NCBI GenBank assembly: GCA_038233835.1
Contig: JBBSVD010000002.1
Span: 1,663-65,662, forward strand
From: Flavobacteriales bacterium
GTDB taxonomy: Bacteria > Bacteroidota > Bacteroidia > Flavobacteriales > Flavobacteriaceae
Reading direction: 5' to 3'
Length of the DNA stretch: 64,000 nucleotides
Within the stretch, counting starts at the first letter, position 1. The number at the start of each line of letters is the position of its first letter. The translations under genes and the position numbers were made by a program. Shown one piece after another: positions 52,216-61,732 of this stretch. The notes under the pieces are model-generated. The model was not told the origin of the DNA, did no database searches, and saw only the letters and a program-made list of their open reading frames with translations.

Positions 52216-52890
52216 ATGATAGCAGTTCTAACGGCAGATTTAGTAGATTCTTCTTTATATGAAGATGAAGTTCTGGATAAAGTTCTTGATACTCTTAAGA
52301 TAGAGTTTAAGGCAATTAGCTCAGAATATCCAGAAGATGAAGTCCGACTTCAGATCTATAGAGGAGATAGTTTTCAAGGAATTCTTAAAAATCCTGAAGA
52401 TGCCCTTATGTTAGCGCTACAGATAAAAACTGCCATCAACCGGATCCATTTGAAGAAAACGGTAAAAAGTAAAGCCTATTCTAAGATCGCCGATTTTAAG
52501 ATCGCTATTGGAATTGGAGCGGTAGATCTTGATCGAGAAGCAATTTCAGAATCTAATGGTCCTGCTTTTCAATTTTCCGGTCGCACGCTAGATGAAATGA
52601 AAAATGAGAACAGAAAGACAAGATTAAAGACCGATCTTGAAAATATAAACTCTGAATTTAATACCTCTTTATTTTTACTAGATACCATAACAGATAAATG
52701 GAGCACAGCTTCGGCAGAAGTTGTGTATTACCTTTTAAAAGGATTAAAAGAACGCGAAGTTGCTGCAGCTATAGCTATTAGCCAATCTGCAGTAAATCAG
52801 CGTAAAAAAGCAGCTGGTTGGGATGCAATTTCAGTTTTATTAGATAGATATAAAGAAGTGATCCTTAATAGAGTTCTCCATGAAAGATAG
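52216..52890 (+). CDS. satD: SatD family protein (nucleotidyl-cyclase-like domain plus C-terminal HTH)
   Basis: VLTADLVDS, YRGDSFQ, KIAIGIG, NGPAFQFSGR; HTH EREVAAAIAISQSAVNQR. Confidence 0.82.
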   Translation: MIAVLTADLVDSSLYEDEVLDKVLDTLKIEFKAISSEYPEDEVRLQIYRGDSFQGILKNPEDALMLALQIKTAINRIHLKKTVKSKAYSKIADFKIAIGIGAVDLDREAISESNGPAFQFSGRTLDEMKNENRKTRLKTDLENINSEFNTSLFLLDTITDKWSTASAEVVYYLLKGLKEREVAAAIAISQSAVNQRKKAAGWDAISVLLDRYKEVILNRVLHER

Positions 52891-53611
52891 TTTAATAATC
52901 CTGATCCAACTACTGCTCGCGCATCTTCTTACAGATTTTGTATTACAGCCAAATAGTTGGATACAGCACAAAAAGAAATATAAGTTCAGATCTTATATTT
53001 TAGTCTTTCATGCACTAATTGCAGGAATTCTAACGGTTGTTTTCTTGCAGAAGCTGGAGTATTGGTATGCAGGCTGCATAGTTGCAGGAAGCCACTATTT
53101 GATAGATTGGTGGAAATTAAATCAGAAAAAAGACAATCTAAAATATTTCTTGTTAGATCAATTCTTCCACCTTTTGCTGCTATTAATTGTTTGGCTTTTT
53201 ATAATTCAGGGCTTTACCAAAATATTGCCGTTTTTGACCTATCTATTTAATTCGCCATATATTCTTGTGGTGCTTTCAGCCTATCTCATTGTTGTATTTC
53301 CTGTAGGATTTTTAATAGGAAAGGCAACAAAAAAGTGGCAAAATGAAATTGAAGACGCTCATAAGAAAAACAGTTTGGACGACGCCGGAAGATATATAGG
53401 TATTTTCGAAAGGATCTTGGTCCTAACCTTTATTCTTACTTCAAATTTTTCGGCTATAGGATTCTTGATCGCTGCAAAATCTATTTTAAGATTCAGCGAC
53501 AAGTCAGAATCTGGAGCCCGTAAACAAACAGAATATGTGTTAATTGGAACTCTTATAAGTTTCACAATAACAATACTCTTAGGTTTGTTAGTACGCTACC
53601 TCGTGTTCTAA
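52880..53611 (+). CDS. DUF3307 (SatE-like) multipass membrane protein
   Basis: AHLLTDFVLQ, FHA, SHYLIDW, LDQFFH; C-terminal AGRYIGIFER, AAKSILRF, EYVLIGTL; overlaps satD by 11 nt. Confidence 0.82.
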   Translation: MKDSLIILIQLLLAHLLTDFVLQPNSWIQHKKKYKFRSYILVFHALIAGILTVVFLQKLEYWYAGCIVAGSHYLIDWWKLNQKKDNLKYFLLDQFFHLLLLLIVWLFIIQGFTKILPFLTYLFNSPYILVVLSAYLIVVFPVGFLIGKATKKWQNEIEDAHKKNSLDDAGRYIGIFERILVLTFILTSNFSAIGFLIAAKSILRFSDKSESGARKQTEYVLIGTLISFTITILLGLLVRYLVF

Positions 53612-53995
53612 TAATTGAATATTGCTGAACATTCGCTCTTTTACAATATTCATCATTCGCTTATTTAATGCCGAAGAATTATCGATATAAATTAAATACT
53701 CTTCAACAGTAAATTGCCCCATGATTATTCCCTTCAAGCTATTTCTGAATTTAATATCTCTTTGAATTGCATTTTCAATGAAACTTAATTTCTTCTCTAC
53801 CGAAAAAGAATAGTAGCCATTTTTGTACTTCTTGATGTAATTTTTAAAGACTTCAATCAGAAGCTCATTTTGAAGTTTCACAATAGGGCGGAGGGTCTTG
53901 TTCTGAAATTGCTCATCTAGACTCATATTGTCTGAAACTCTTGCCGAAGGAATTTCTGGTCTAAGGCTAATCAAATCACTTTCTCGTTCATTCAT
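53588..53995 (-). CDS. Conserved hypothetical protein
   Basis: EQFQNKTLRPIVKLQ...FRNSLKGIIMGQFT pattern; no catalytic motif recognised. Confidence 0.7.
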   Translation of the reverse strand: MNERESDLISLRPEIPSARVSDNMSLDEQFQNKTLRPIVKLQNELLIEVFKNYIKKYKNGYYSFSVEKKLSFIENAIQRDIKFRNSLKGIIMGQFTVEEYLIYIDNSSALNKRMMNIVKERMFSNIQLLEHEVAY

Positions 53996-54159
53996 AGGTA
54001 TGGAGTTTCTTAAATTTAAGAAATATTAAAGCTTTAATAGTGAATGTTCTCTAGACTTTTAAACCGATTTATAAACAAATAGACTAGCGTTAAAAGTGTC
54101 TTAATCGCCCCAAGCTTTTAAGGGCTTCTTTTTACCTTTAAGAAAATTCAATTAAAATT

Positions 54160-55518
54160 ATGATCATTTCAAGAAATCCATATAGCGGGGAAGAGATAGC
54201 GAGTATCAAGGAACTATCTAAAAAGGAGATAAATGAAACCTTAGAGATAGCCCAGAATCGATTTAAAAGTTGGAGAAATACAAGTTTTGCAGAACGATCT
54301 AAATTGATGCTTGCTGCAGCTAAGGAATTAGAGAAAAATAAGGCTGAATATGCCAAGACCATTACACTAGAAATGGGAAAGCCCATAAATCAGGCAATTG
54401 CAGAAGTAGAAAAATGCGCCTGGGTTTGTAAATATTATGCAGAGAATGCAGAGAAACAATTAGCGAATGAGGTTATAAAGACAGATGCCAGCAACAGTTA
54501 TGTGTCCTATGAACCAATTGGAGTAGTACTAGCTGTAATGCCGTGGAACTATCCTTTTTGGCAAGTATTTAGGTTTGCAGCTCCCGCACTTATGGCAGGA
54601 AATATTGGAGTTTTAAAGCATGCAAGTAACGTAATGCAATCTGCAGAGAATATTCAGAAGATATTTGAAAGAGCTGGATTTCCAAAAGGTTGTTTTCAAA
54701 ATCTACCCATAGGAAGCAAAAAAGTGGAAGATGTAATTCGAGACCCGAGAATAAAGGCAGTTACCTTAACAGGCAGTAAACCAGCTGGAAGTTCTGTTGC
54801 TTCCATAGCAGGAGAGCAAATAAAGAAAACAGTTTTAGAGCTTGGTGGAAGCAATGCATTGGTAGTTTTTAAGGATGCTAATCTGGAAAAAACAGTAGAT
54901 GTATGTGTTCAGGCAAGATTTCAGAATACTGGACAAAGTTGTATTGCAGGGAAAAGACTTCTGCTTCAAAATGAAATTGCCGAAGAATTTTTAGAGCTTT
55001 TCACTATAAAAGTAAGAGAATTAAAAAGTGGAGACCCAATGGATGAAGAAACCTATATTGGAGTACTTGCACGAGAAGATCTCGCGGAGGATCTGGAAAA
55101 ACAAGTTTTAGCTTCGGTTAAGGAAGGAGCAAAAATTATTCTTGGCGGTAAAAGAGATGGGACTTATTTTGAACCGACTATCCTTACTGATGTAACAAGG
55201 GAAATGAGCATTTTTAAAGAGGAAACTTTTGGACCTGTTTTATCCGTTACAAATTTTAAAGATGAAGCTGAAGCTGTTTCACTGGTAAATGCTTCGGATT
55301 TTGGACTTGGAGTTTCTATTTTTACACATGATCTGGAACTGGCAAAGAAACTGGTTCCTCAGTTTGAAGATGGCGCTGTTTTTATAAATGAATTAGTGAA
55401 AAGTGATCCTAGACTTCCATTTGGTGGAACTAAAACTTCAGGTTATGGAAGAGAACTTTCTAGTCATGGTATCCATGAATTTTTGAATAAGAAAACGGTA
55501 TATTTCAATAAATTTTGA
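54160..55518 (+). CDS. NAD(P)-dependent succinate-semialdehyde dehydrogenase (ALDH family)
   Basis: MPWNYP, LKHA, LTGS, LELGGS, GQSCIA, EETFGP and PFGGTK. Confidence 0.9.
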   Translation: MIISRNPYSGEEIASIKELSKKEINETLEIAQNRFKSWRNTSFAERSKLMLAAAKELEKNKAEYAKTITLEMGKPINQAIAEVEKCAWVCKYYAENAEKQLANEVIKTDASNSYVSYEPIGVVLAVMPWNYPFWQVFRFAAPALMAGNIGVLKHASNVMQSAENIQKIFERAGFPKGCFQNLPIGSKKVEDVIRDPRIKAVTLTGSKPAGSSVASIAGEQIKKTVLELGGSNALVVFKDANLEKTVDVCVQARFQNTGQSCIAGKRLLLQNEIAEEFLELFTIKVRELKSGDPMDEETYIGVLAREDLAEDLEKQVLASVKEGAKIILGGKRDGTYFEPTILTDVTREMSIFKEETFGPVLSVTNFKDEAEAVSLVNASDFGLGVSIFTHDLELAKKLVPQFEDGAVFINELVKSDPRLPFGGTKTSGYGRELSSHGIHEFLNKKTVYFNKF

Positions 55519-55943
55519 TGAGACAAGAAATTGCTATTACAGTAGATGCAGTAATTTTATTTTTAAAAGAAAGTAACACAAAAGTGTTACTAATTAAAAG
55601 AAAGAATGATCCTTTTAAAAATAAGTGGGCAATTCCGGGAGGTTTTTTAGAAGAAAATGAATCTTTAAAAGTTGGAGCAAAACGAGAACTGGAAGAAGAA
55701 ACAGGTTTAAAAATTGAATCACTACATCAGTTAAAAACTTATGGAGCAATAGATCGTGATCCGAGAGGAAGAACCATTTCTATCGCATTTATTGCTAATA
55801 TAAAAGATCAAAAAAAGGTAACCGCAGCTGATGATGCTCTGGAAGCAAAATGGTTCGATATTGATGAGTTACCAGAATTAGCTTTTCATCATTATGAAAT
55901 AGTAGGAGACGCTAAGTTCTGGTTAATGAGCAATAAGATTTAG
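55515..55943 (+). CDS. NUDIX hydrolase
   Basis: WAIPGGF...AKRELEEETGL Nudix box and RDPRGR. Confidence 0.9.
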   Translation: MMRQEIAITVDAVILFLKESNTKVLLIKRKNDPFKNKWAIPGGFLEENESLKVGAKRELEEETGLKIESLHQLKTYGAIDRDPRGRTISIAFIANIKDQKKVTAADDALEAKWFDIDELPELAFHHYEIVGDAKFWLMSNKI

Positions 55944-55977
55944 ATTCCTAATTCTAATAAATTTTTAAATCAGTTTT

Positions 55978-56367
55978 ATGAGATTTCATACTAGAAAATG
56001 GGTAAAACCGCAGGACCTTAATCCAAATGCATCATTATTTGGAGGCAGATTATTGGAATGGATAGATGAGGAATGTGCGCTATATTCTATTATCCAATTG
56101 GAGAATCCTAAGGTGGTAACCAAATTCATGAGTGAAATAAATTTTCAGAGTTCCGCAAGTCAGGGTGATATTATTGAAATAGGTATTGATGTTGTAAAGT
56201 TTGGAAATGCCTCTTTAACTTTAAGGTGTGAAGTAAGAAACAAAATGACAAGGGAAACTATTATTTCCATAGAAAATATTGTAATGGTTAGTCTGGATGC
56301 CAATGGCAAACCCAAAGCTCATGGAAAATCTGAAATAGAGTTTGTAAAAGACAGACTTAAGGATTAA
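55978..56367 (+). CDS. Acyl-CoA thioesterase (hotdog fold)
   Basis: DLNPNASLFGGRLLEWIDE. Confidence 0.9.
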   Translation: MRFHTRKWVKPQDLNPNASLFGGRLLEWIDEECALYSIIQLENPKVVTKFMSEINFQSSASQGDIIEIGIDVVKFGNASLTLRCEVRNKMTRETIISIENIVMVSLDANGKPKAHGKSEIEFVKDRLKD

Positions 56368-57292
56368 GCTTTTTCTTTTCACCTTCATTTTTCGGCGGAT
56401 TGGATAATCTTATTGGAAGATCCACGTCTTTATTACCTCCATATATCTTGATCTCTTGAATATCTGCCGGCATGTAATATCCGTTATCCTCTAGTGCTTC
56501 TTTTACAGCTCTAACAACATTTCCCTTTGTTATAAGTGCCATCCTTCTAAAATCAAATGTATCTACCCAAAAGAATACTTTTAAATTAACAGTACTTGTA
56601 GCTAATTCATCTTCTATTACAAAATTTTCATGCTCTTCATCTTCAATAACATTGGGTTGTTTTCTTAGAGCCTCCATAACGGTTTTCTTAGCTCCCTCAA
56701 TATTATCCTCATAAGCAATTCCAATTATAAAGCTCCATCTAAAGAAACCATCTTCAGTATAATTTGTAACTGGCTTGGTTAAAACATCACTATTTGGAAT
56801 ATATACATCTTTTCCATCGAAGGTTTTTAGCTTGGTGTATCTAAATTCCAATGCCTTTACCTTACCGAAGTTTTCTCCAATTTCTACAGTATCGTGAATG
56901 TTAAAAGGTCTATTGAAAGCTAGTATAATACCCGCTATAAAATTTTCTCCAATATCCTTAAATGCAAAGCCAAGAACTACCGCACTCGCACCAGCAGCTG
57001 TAAGAATTGCGGTAGCAATACCTCCTAAACCTGCAGCTTTTAAAGCTAACATTATTGCTATTATTAAGGCAATAATTTTAATTGTTTTCCCAAGAAACTT
57101 ACTCATCAAAGGATCATTGGTACGCTTGGAAATTCGTTGTCTTGCAAAATTTCCAATTAATGTTCCAATTAATACCCCTAAAATAATAATTAACAAGCCT
57201 AAACCAATACCAGGAAGTTGATCTATAAATCCGTCGTAAAACTGATTGAATGATTCTCCTATAGTTGTTTGGTCTTGGGAAGTATCTTGCAT
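56357..57292 (-). CDS. MscS family mechanosensitive channel
   Basis: VLGFAFKDIGENFIAG, RPFNIHD and VYIPNS. Confidence 0.9.
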   Translation of the reverse strand: MQDTSQDQTTIGESFNQFYDGFIDQLPGIGLGLLIIILGVLIGTLIGNFARQRISKRTNDPLMSKFLGKTIKIIALIIAIMLALKAAGLGGIATAILTAAGASAVVLGFAFKDIGENFIAGIILAFNRPFNIHDTVEIGENFGKVKALEFRYTKLKTFDGKDVYIPNSDVLTKPVTNYTEDGFFRWSFIIGIAYEDNIEGAKKTVMEALRKQPNVIEDEEHENFVIEDELATSTVNLKVFFWVDTFDFRRMALITKGNVVRAVKEALEDNGYYMPADIQEIKIYGGNKDVDLPIRLSNPPKNEGEKKKLNP

Positions 57293-57454
57293 CGATTTAA
57301 TTTTTATGAAATATAAATAAATTTAAAAGTGAACTGTATTAAACCATTGTTAGAGTTTAATTAATGAAATTTTTAGCTAAATTATTGACTGTTAAAAACT
57401 TATCAGTCAATAACTTACATGTTATTATTCTCCTTTTGCTTTCTTTTCGTTTTG

Positions 57455-58516
57455 TTATTTCTTAGCTTCTGCAATTTGTTTATTAGCTTTTTCCAATTGT
57501 TTTTCTGTAGGGCCTTCAATTTTTTGTTCTGCTGCTTTCTCTGGCTCCAAACTTAAACTGATATAAAATGGAAAGTGATCTGAATCTATGTTTTCTCCTG
57601 TCTTAACTTCAACTAATCTAAACTCTTCAGAAACAAAAAAGTGATCCAATGGCCATTTCATTATAAAACTAGTTGCATTAAAAGAGTTAAAGAAACCTCT
57701 CCCTTTTCTAATATCTAATAAGGTACTCACATCTTTAAATAAAGAAGAACTAGCCGACCATGCAACATCGTTAAAATCTCCTGCTACTATGGTTGGTAAA
57801 TCTCTTTCTAATGCCATTTTAGCAACCATCAGCATTTCTGCATCTCTATCTGTAGAGGTTGGATTTTCCTGAGGCATTGGCGGAGTAGGATGTATTGCAT
57901 GTAGCATGATCTCTTTTCCAGATCTTAATACTAAAACAGTATGAATAGATGGAATACTGTCGTCTACTAAAAATCTTGCCTGCGGATTTTTCATTTCAAA
58001 TTTTGAATAAAGAAGCATTCCGTAGGTATTATTTATAGGAACTTCCACACGATATGGATATTTTGCAACAGCATCATGTACGTCATTCATCCAACGTGTG
58101 TTGGTTTCTGTAAGTAATAAAATATCGGGATCCTTATCTTCAATTTCCTTGATCAATAAGTTTGGATTAGTATTCTTTTGTAAAACGTTAGCAGCATAAA
58201 ACTTTAGCACATCTGCCTGATCTATATTTTCTGAAACTTTTTCTACTTCGTGTTTTCCATGTGGTAAATATGGAAATATCTTGTACATCTGAAAGCTAAA
58301 ACACATCATTAATACTGCAACGAATAAATAATCTTCTGCCCACTTAATATCAAACTCTATAAAATAAACTACAATTGCTACAAAGGTTAAAATAGTAAGC
58401 TGGATATGTGGATAATCGAACATTCTAATCCACCAAAAATCTGCAGCAGCAAGAGGGATAAGCGTTAATAAAACAGCAAAGAGGCCAAAGCCTTGAAGAA
58501 AGGGTTTCAATTTCAT
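57455..58516 (-). CDS. Membrane-anchored endonuclease/exonuclease/phosphatase family protein
   Basis: N-terminal TM helices; ANV, LLLTE, AGDFND, LDH and SDH. Confidence 0.88.
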   Translation of the reverse strand: MKLKPFLQGFGLFAVLLTLIPLAAADFWWIRMFDYPHIQLTILTFVAIVVYFIEFDIKWAEDYLFVAVLMMCFSFQMYKIFPYLPHGKHEVEKVSENIDQADVLKFYAANVLQKNTNPNLLIKEIEDKDPDILLLTETNTRWMNDVHDAVAKYPYRVEVPINNTYGMLLYSKFEMKNPQARFLVDDSIPSIHTVLVLRSGKEIMLHAIHPTPPMPQENPTSTDRDAEMLMVAKMALERDLPTIVAGDFNDVAWSASSSLFKDVSTLLDIRKGRGFFNSFNATSFIMKWPLDHFFVSEEFRLVEVKTGENIDSDHFPFYISLSLEPEKAAEQKIEGPTEKQLEKANKQIAEAKK

Positions 58517-58554
58517 TGGTTAGTTATGGTTAATTCGGTTAATTTAAAAGAAAT

Positions 58555-59856
58555 TTATTTAGTTGATTCAGAAGTATTAATTTTAATTCCAAGATCTCTA
58601 AAATCGTCTCCAGAAGGAGATTCAAATAGTTTAAGATCAAAATATGGCAATGCGGCAATTAAATGATCAAAAATATCTGCTGCTATGTATTCATAATTCT
58701 CCCAGCGTTTATCCTTACTAAAGCATAAAATTTCCAGAGGAATACCTTGAGGTGTTGGCGCTAAATGCCTTACCATTAAGTATAGTTCTTTATTAATGGC
58801 TGGATGATTATGCAAATAAGCATCTGCATATTTTCTAAAGATCCCCAGATTGGTTTGATTTCTTCCATTTAATGGAAGTGAAGTATTAATGTCGTTTGTC
58901 CTGTTGTACTTATCTACTTCTTTTTGTCTATGCTCTACATATGGAGCAATAAGACTTATTTCTTTAAATTTTTCAAGATCTTTAGAAGTAACAAATTTCA
59001 CAGAATTTTGTTTAATATTGATAGCTCGCTTTATTCTTCTTCCCGGTGATTCCTGCATTCCTCGCCAGTTCTGAAAAGAATCGGCAATTAAACTATAAGT
59101 TGGAATGGTGGTAAAAGTATTGTCAAAATTCTGAACACGAACTGTCGCAAGGTTTATTTCTGTAACATCACCATCTGCGCCATATTTACTGAAGGTGATC
59201 CAATCTCCAATTCTTACAATATCATTCACAGAGACTTGAATGGAGGCAACAAATCCCATAATGGTATCTTTAAAGATCAATAAGATAACCGCTGAAGCAG
59301 CTCCCAAAGAAATTGCAAAACTCATTACCGATCTGTTGAAAATTTCCGAGAAAATAAACATTAGCCCCACGATCCAAATAAAGATCATGAGCACTTGCAT
59401 ATAACTATCTAAGGGCTTATCAAAATAAGATTCCCTTGTTTTTAAATAATTTTTGCTTGTTCTAAGTAAACTTCTGAAGATCCAAATAACCAGAATAATT
59501 ATATAGATATTGGTTACAAATAAAACTCCCCTTAATATAAATTGATGATCAATTAGAATGGTAGGAATAGTAGCGTAGATAAGTAGAATAGGGATGATTC
59601 TTCCCACATATTTTGGGAAGTTGCTTTTTATCAAGAAATCATCGAAAGTGGTTTTTGTTTTATTGGTAAATGCTTTAAACGATTCTATTACAAACCTTCT
59701 TAATACGTAATTTATAATAAGAACCATTCCAAAAAGTGCAGCAAGATTTATAGCAAGATTTAAATATGCAGCAGCTTCAGTATTCATTCCTTGACTAATA
59801 AAGTAGTCTTCAAGAAAACAGCTAACAAATTTTAAATCGATTATATCTTCAAACAT
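58555..59856 (-). CDS. MscS family channel (YbdG/miniconductance type)
   Basis: FKDTIMGFVASIQ, GDWI, ADGDV and NWRGMQESPGRRIKR. Confidence 0.92.
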   Translation of the reverse strand: MFEDIIDLKFVSCFLEDYFISQGMNTEAAAYLNLAINLAALFGMVLIINYVLRRFVIESFKAFTNKTKTTFDDFLIKSNFPKYVGRIIPILLIYATIPTILIDHQFILRGVLFVTNIYIIILVIWIFRSLLRTSKNYLKTRESYFDKPLDSYMQVLMIFIWIVGLMFIFSEIFNRSVMSFAISLGAASAVILLIFKDTIMGFVASIQVSVNDIVRIGDWITFSKYGADGDVTEINLATVRVQNFDNTFTTIPTYSLIADSFQNWRGMQESPGRRIKRAINIKQNSVKFVTSKDLEKFKEISLIAPYVEHRQKEVDKYNRTNDINTSLPLNGRNQTNLGIFRKYADAYLHNHPAINKELYLMVRHLAPTPQGIPLEILCFSKDKRWENYEYIAADIFDHLIAALPYFDLKLFESPSGDDFRDLGIKINTSESTK

Positions 59857-59857
59857 A

Positions 59858-60148
59858 TTATAATATCTTTTTTTCTACATAAAAAGGTCCAAAAGGGAGT
59901 ACAGAGCATACTATTACCAAAAACAAGGTAGCAAGTTTCCAATTCAGCAATCTGTACATTATGATTGCGCCAACAAGGTAAGATATAAATAAGATTCCGT
60001 GAGCCATTCCAACAAAACCTACCATTGCTGGTGAGTTAAATAGATACTTTAATGGCATTGCTATAAATAACAGCAATAGAAAGGAAACTGCTTCTAATAT
60101 ACTTACTCCTTTAAAAATTTTGACCTTAGTTGATTTTTCCAATTTCAT
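59858..60148 (-). CDS. DUF3817 membrane protein
   Basis: EAVSFLLLLFIAMPLKY, GMAHG and LPFGPF; ATG 60148 lies downstream of a TATCTTTG box (60158-60165). Confidence 0.8.
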   Translation of the reverse strand: MKLEKSTKVKIFKGVSILEAVSFLLLLFIAMPLKYLFNSPAMVGFVGMAHGILFISYLVGAIIMYRLLNWKLATLFLVIVCSVLPFGPFYVEKKIL

Positions 60149-60321
60149 TAATTTTTGCAAAGATAATTTTAAAAATTAAAGATTGATGAAAAACCCCATT
60201 TTATAAGCGGTAATCTTGAGTGAACATGTTAAATATTCTTAAAATTTAAACGATAAAAATCAATAAGTAACTTCATTTTTTGCAAATTGAAGTAATTTGC
60301 AAGCTCTTAGAAAAAATATAA

Positions 60322-61362
60322 ATGAAATCTAAAATATTAGTTACCGGTGGTCTGGGATTTATAGGGTCTCATACTGTTGTTGCGCTTCAGCAACAAGGAT
60401 TTGATGTTGTGATTATAGATAACTTATCCAATTCCTCTTTAGATGTGCTGGCAGGTATTACAAAAATTACCGATATCACTCCAGAATTTGTAAATATTGA
60501 TCTTCGCCACAAAGGAGAGGTGATCGATTTTTTTGAACAACATCAGGATATTTCAGGTGTAATCCATTTTGCTGCTTCTAAAGCAGTAGGAGAAAGTGTG
60601 GAGAACCCATTATTATATTACGAGAACAATTTATCTACGCTGGTCTATATCTTACAACAGTTAAGTAAAAAACAAAAAGCTAGCTTTATTTTTAGTTCTT
60701 CTTGTACGGTTTATGGACAAGCCGATAATTTACCTATCAATGAAAATGCACCAGTAAAAAAGGCAATGTCTCCATATGGTAATACTAAGCAGATAGGGGA
60801 AGAGATAATTATGGATACCTGTAAAGTATATCCAAATTTAAAAGCTATTTCACTTAGATATTTCAATCCTATTGGAGCACATACAAGTACAGAAATAGGT
60901 GAATTACCTATTGGAACGCCTCAAAACTTGGTTCCTTTTATCACGCAAACTGCCATTGGGAAAAGGGAACAACTATCGGTTTTCGGAAACGATTATCCTA
61001 CTAAAGATGGTACTTGTGTAAGAGATTATATTCATGTGATGGATCTTGCCAAAGCACATGTGGTTGCGCTCAAAAAGTTGCTGGATGACGCTTCAGAAAA
61101 AAATTATGATGTTTTCAATTTGGGAACTGGAAGAGGAAATTCTGTGCTGGAAGTGATAGAATCTTTTGAGAGATCTACAGGAGAAAAATTACCTTATAAA
61201 ATTGTGGATAGAAGAGAGGGAGATGTCACTGCCGCTTATGCAGATACGTACAAAGCAGAATTAGGATTAAATTGGAAATCTGAGCACAGTTTGGATGAAG
61301 CTTTGGAAAGTGCTTGGAAATGGGAAAAGAAAGTTTCAGAGAAAGAGAAAAAGGAAATATAA
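60322..61362 (+). CDS. galE: UDP-glucose 4-epimerase
   Basis: GGLGFIGSH, HFAASKAVGES, YGNTK, LRYFNP and RDYIHV. Confidence 0.96.
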   Translation: MKSKILVTGGLGFIGSHTVVALQQQGFDVVIIDNLSNSSLDVLAGITKITDITPEFVNIDLRHKGEVIDFFEQHQDISGVIHFAASKAVGESVENPLLYYENNLSTLVYILQQLSKKQKASFIFSSSCTVYGQADNLPINENAPVKKAMSPYGNTKQIGEEIIMDTCKVYPNLKAISLRYFNPIGAHTSTEIGELPIGTPQNLVPFITQTAIGKREQLSVFGNDYPTKDGTCVRDYIHVMDLAKAHVVALKKLLDDASEKNYDVFNLGTGRGNSVLEVIESFERSTGEKLPYKIVDRREGDVTAAYADTYKAELGLNWKSEHSLDEALESAWKWEKKVSEKEKKEI

Positions 61363-61378
61363 TAGAATATAAATTAAT

Positions 61379-61414
61379 AAAAAAGAGCCACTTAATTCAA
61401 GTGGCTCTCTTTTT
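61379..61414. terminator. Bidirectional terminator
   Basis: AGAGCCACTT...AAGTGGCTCT flanked by A and T runs. Confidence 0.85.
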
Positions 61415-61418
61415 ATGT

Positions 61419-61574
61419 TTACTTCCCATTTACGTAAAATGCGTGGATCACACCAGGTATCCATCCCAATGCAGTTAGCAATAAACTAATTAAAAAAGTA
61501 GTTCCAATTCCATGTTTCAAAAACACAGCTAATGGAGGAAGTAATATATTAAGTATTATAGTAATTAATGACAT
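61419..61574 (-). CDS. YqaE/Pmp3 family small membrane proteolipid (51 aa, not in the ORF track)
   Basis: Hand translation MSLITIILNILLPPLAVFLKHGIGTTFLISLLLTALGWIPGVIHAFYVNGK; LPPLAV and GWIPGVIHA are Pmp3 signatures. Confidence 0.93.
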   Translation of the reverse strand: MSLITIILNILLPPLAVFLKHGIGTTFLISLLLTALGWIPGVIHAFYVNGK

Positions 61575-61706
61575 TTGAAATAATTTATTGGTTATAATTT
61601 AAATTTAAGAACTTCGATATTTAGCTCCTAATAATCGTAATGGTTTAGCTATTAATTAACTAATTATAACTTCTCTTTAGCAATTCTATTTCTGATTAAG
61701 AAACGG

Positions 61707-61714
61707 TATCTTTG
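61707..61714 (+). promoter_or_regulatory. -7 promoter box TATCTTTG
   Basis: Exact TAnnTTTG, 18 nt upstream of the ATG at 61733. Confidence 0.55.
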
Positions 61715-61732
61715 CAAATTCAAATAAGAATT

